Assembly: GCA_965153455.1 (NCBI GenBank) | Contig: OZ234493.1 | Location: 15,986,213 to 16,050,212, forward strand | DNA: 64,000 nucleotides | Reading direction: 5' to 3' | Source: Sphagnum compactum | Taxonomy: Eukaryota | In this document: piece by piece, positions 59,570 to 64,000 of the stretch | How positions within the stretch are numbered: position 1 is the stretch's first letter | Layout of the letters: every line of letters begins with the position of its first letter | Notes under the pieces: generated by a model | Seen by the model: the letters and a program-made list of their open reading frames with translations, nothing else | Database searches by the model: none | What the model was told of the DNA's origin: nothing | Made by a program: the position numbers and the translations under genes

Positions 59570-62500
59570 GTTACGTACAGGAGCTGCAACACTCTCTAGT
59601 TCTTGTGTACACTGACAAATTGAATATAATAATAATAATAATTCTCTTCAAATGCATAGAAAACACTCAAGTGATCAGTCCTCAGCTTGATCAGCTTAGC
59701 TCAAGTTGAATTATCTCAACTAGCTTGTCTCCAATTAATCTTCGTGTCCAATTCTGGTACTAACAACTTGAATTCGAGCTTCGACTACGTGAACTCGTAT
59801 TATATATGCAGCTATAATTGGCATCATTGATCTGTCCCCCATAGGTAGTTGTGATCACAGCTTCGGCTGATCTCGGGTATGTTCAATTAAGTAATACTAA
59901 TGCGGCAGGCTGGTAGCTTCAGCTGCTCCCGTCCCTGTTGCAGATTATTCGGCTGCAGCTAGAGACTTGATCTATTGAAGCATTTTGATCGGTAAGGTAA
60001 TTCCTATCGGCCCTTCCAATCAGAAATTGCCGCAACGCCATCGCGAAGACGGCGAAGAGAGCTTTCAAACAGTCGATCGGGGAGGTTCGTTCGCTGCGGC
60101 TTCACCTCCTTCGTAAGTTTCGTGCGTAATTCCGGACGCGCGGAATGTCATGTCCTATGCTGTGCTTAGAAAAAAAATCCTGTTGTGGGCTTCCTGTGCA
60201 ATTCCGAACGTATGGAATTGCCATGTGCTTTGTTGTGAGCTGAGCGGGAAAAAAAATCTCTTTTTAAGCGATTTTTTTTAATCAATTTTTGTGGCTTCCA
60301 AAATTTTCATCCCCTCCTCCCCGCCGTGGTTATGGCCAAACTCATGACGTGGCTTGTTTTGATTGGTGGAATCTGAAAAGTTCATCTTATAATCAAGCTG
60401 ATGAAAGCACTCCATAAAATAAATTATAATAATTCAAGAATATTATCTTGAATTATTATTATTATTGTTATTTTGATCACCATGGTTATTAAATCCCCTA
60501 CCTTGAATTCAACCCTCTTGTTCAGGTTGTTTCAGGCTGTTGGAAATTATTTTCCCTTTATGTTTTGTTTTGGGTTAGGGTTTAGGGTTAGGGTAAACCC
60601 TGAACCCCACCGGGGGTTAACATTTTTGCTTTGCTTTTGGGAAGTTAAATTTATTGTGAATTGGATTTTCAATCTTTGTTTTTTCGTTCCCCTTATTGTT
60701 GGGAAAAAAAAATCAACTTTTCAAAATAAGTTTAAGGGAGGGCACAAATGGTCTAACATAAAATCTCTGAGGATCTTCTAGAGCACTCTTATGGCCTTTT
60801 TTTCTTTTTTTTTTCCATAAGAATAAATGCATGTGGCTTGACTTGATGGGTGGAAAATGGAGGGTTAGAGCAAAATTTATGTGTGTAATTGTGATCATAG
60901 CAGCCTAATGGAAAGAGATCATAAAGCCCGATTCACACCTGGTGTTAAATCGATGGTAAGACGAGTGTTAAGTTTTCATGTAGCTATTTCAAGTTTGGTT
61001 CATGGGATCATAACTTACATTCCTTTCATCAACACTCTACTCAAAATGGAAATGTGAAAGTTCATCTTGCTATTCCTAATCCAGTTGAAAGTGGAAGTTC
61101 CAATGTCAAAGGTGGGTATATCTTTTACATGGATATATTGATCGGGTATGAATATGATATATTACTTATCTTGATTTGTTTTCCTAATAATTTAATATAC
61201 CTTAATGCAGTGCATATTTGAAAAATACATTTTATTCGTAGTTTTGGATATGCAATAAACCCCTTTTATAATCATGCCCATTTATTCACATTCTTGTTTG
61301 TGTTATATATTTTTTGGTAACCATTCACTTTAGTAAGAAACACCATTCTTTAGAATCATTATCACATTAATAGCACAAAATATTTGTAAAGCTTTTTTGG
61401 TATATGATTATAATGAGAGAAATCTATGACAAATATTAGGGTTTTGTAAATTGTAGTTCTCTTTGGCAATGCTAGTGTTACTTTGTGTTCAAGGTGCGCA
61501 AACTAACAACAATGAATCCAGCTAAAGAAAAAAAAAATACAACAATTTTCTAATGTAGATAAACAAAAGACATGCAAACTTGCTAAGAAAGTTAAAAAAA
61601 TTAATTAAAAAATCTAGTTAACAAGATACACGAGCTAGCCGTTAAGGAGCTCAAACTCAATGTAGATTGTCACATTAAAACACACAGAAATCATAACCTT
61701 CTTCAAGTTTAATAATGTAGAGTAAAATTTAGAATAACTCACATAAGAAATTGTAACAATTAGTACCTTTATCCTAGCATAAAAGGATTGCTTTGTAAAT
61801 AAAGGGGGTTTATTACTGTATGTAACAACACCTCAAGTCATAGGGTGCATGTAGGAATTTCAATTGTTGAAATTTCAATTTTCATTAGTTTCTGGAAAGG
61901 TAAGATTGGATGCTATAAATGTGGCCAGTCTATTGATTCCTTGCAATTAGTTCAACTAGATAGTTTCTATCTTTGACCAAAGAAGGTATACTCTGCATAT
62001 TAGATCCACTGTTTATGAACAATGTCACTCCATGTCTACTCCAAGAAATCCTAATGTTCAACTCTATTCTACACTTAGTGTATGTAGATCAACAAGTTTG
62101 AAGTCAATTTTCCTAATAGCAAATGGTGAGCTGCTTAGTGTTTGCCATGCTCAATACTTATCTAATTGATGTGATGTGAATGTTTTCTAAATTTTCACTA
62201 AGTCTTAAAGCATTCCTTGTAATGTCTCTTGGTAGGTTTTGTGCAATCTTAAGCGGATTCCAACTTATCAACTAATCTCCTAGATTTAGGGGAACTCTCC
62301 AATCAATAAGTATAATTACATCTTTGATTTTTAAAAATTATTTGCTTATATTTGTGGGAGTGGTAGGTTCTTGTGAATTTGAACTATTTCATAACTAACC
62401 ATTTCGTCTATGTGTGTGGCAAGTTGAACATATGTTAGGGTTTTTAAAAAAGAGTATGGACTAGTTAATAAGAAGCATTTGTCTATTAAAGTTAATCTTT

Positions 62501-64000
62501 TGCAATCTACAACCACATAACTCTTATTCTGGTATTTACTAAATTGAAAGAATGGATCATGTTGATTAGGTTTTAAGAGCATCATCTAAATCTATTTGCA
62601 CAACTCAAATTCGAGCATGGCACCAAGTTTAGTTCTTAATGGATTGGAATGGTCATTTTGTTGAACATTGTGTAATCATGTAGTGACACAATGTGGTGCT
62701 ACATGGAAAATAAAATGTAAATTATATGGCAAGGAATATAAAAAGTGCCTGTTACTGGATCGAGAGAACTATATTTAAGTCTATTTGATAATATTAAAAT
62801 ATGTAATAATATTCTGGAAGGAATTTTTTAAAAAACCTATGAGAGCTTTAATCTCAAATTTGACAAAAAAAAAAAGAGAAAGCTGGAATGCACCATGTTA
62901 TCATGATAAATTGAAGATTAAATTCTATTAAATGAAGTAAAAAAAAAAGGTTTAAAAAAATGTTAAAATTTCAACTTGGGGACATAATATTGGTTGCACA
63001 ATATTTTGTGATGGATGGACAAATGCAACAAATAATCCTTAATTTTAAATATAGCGGCTATTTTTCCTAAGGGAGAAAATTATTATCCTTTTTAAAAGAA
63101 ATTGCTACAATTGTGGAAAGATGACATTTGAAAATATTTGCTCAACAATTAAATAAATTCGCAACTAATGAAATAGGAGATCTCAAATCTCTGTTGTGCA
63201 TCTCAACTATGCTGGGTCCGGTTCTGGTCTGGTTCTTGCTTTAATAGGTTCCAGTTCTGGACATCAGACCCAGTTCCAGTTCCAAGTAACCTGGTCTGAA
63301 ACCGGCAGTTAATTACTGGTTAAACCCTGGGCAATTCCAGTCCATTTTTTCAAAGGTACCAGCCAACCTGTCACTATTTCTAAAAAGTGAAAAAATCTCA
63401 GCTTTGCTTTAAGTAGGAAAAGGACGTGAGTACAGGCCCTTCTCCTAAACAAATTTGGCTAAATTACTTTCTGGATGATCGCCACTTTGACAACATCATT
63501 AAAAGACCCTGGAGCCCAGGACCCAGAAAGCACCTTAGAAGCTACGGCAACTGCAGCTCAGCTTGCAATTTCAAAACAAAAGAAAAGCCAAACAAATTCG
63601 CACGACATCCAAGTTTCCAGGGAGCACATTGTTGAAAGAAAGAATTCCCCAAAAATCCCGATCAGATCAGCACGCACATGAAATGATTTCCCTAGGAAAT
63701 CGATCCATCACTTTACAAAACAGGCCGGAAACAACCTCGCAAATTGGGTGCACCCATCACTGCAGGCACCAGGCAGCTGCAGTCATGGAGAATGTCAAGT
63801 TCGTAGGGAACTTACAATGCAAATCCGTACCCGACGTCTGCAGAGAAAGGATGCATGCCATATGCAGCAGAGAATGTCTTGTTTCCTCGTGCGTGTATGT
63901 AAATATGCATGGGAATTAGTTGGAACAGTTAAGTTTTGAGGCACTTCCAGGATTTGAGGGCCCAGCATCAGGACGACAACTTTTCACCAAAATTGGGATC

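Noticed and set aside
63200..64000. GGTTCTGG/CCAGTT motif cluster and short ORFs at the window end
   Set aside because: Boundaries and identity cannot be defined within the window.

Overview
Eukaryotic land-plant nuclear DNA. It is AT-rich with GT-AG introns and telo-boxes; a moss such as Sphagnum is my inference from gene and repeat style. Intact spliced genes: phosphoacetylglucosamine mutase (DRT101/PGM3, 9 coding exons), RPL19, SCD1 (DENN+WD40, 31 coding exons), OHP1 and RRP7, plus tRNA-Phe(GAA) and an unidentified 88-aa acidic ORF. Several features are missed by the ORF track. (i) A full-length mitochondrial uL11 (MRPL11) pseudogene is split exactly in two by a CRE-clade non-LTR retrotransposon. 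(ii) A 36-nt 3'-truncated U2 snRNA retrocopy sits between perfect 15-bp target-site duplications. (iii) A 1-kb inverted-repeat element has Helitron-like ends and an internal array of hairpin units. (iv) Tandem arrays lie just upstream of most genes, two of them sharing a GAGGTCCCA/TGGGACCT motif. (v) Two dispersed intronic repeat families are present. The rest is decayed hAT/CACTA-like transposon sequence and low-complexity DNA. No CRISPR array or prokaryotic system is present. All homology calls are from recalled motifs, not database searches.
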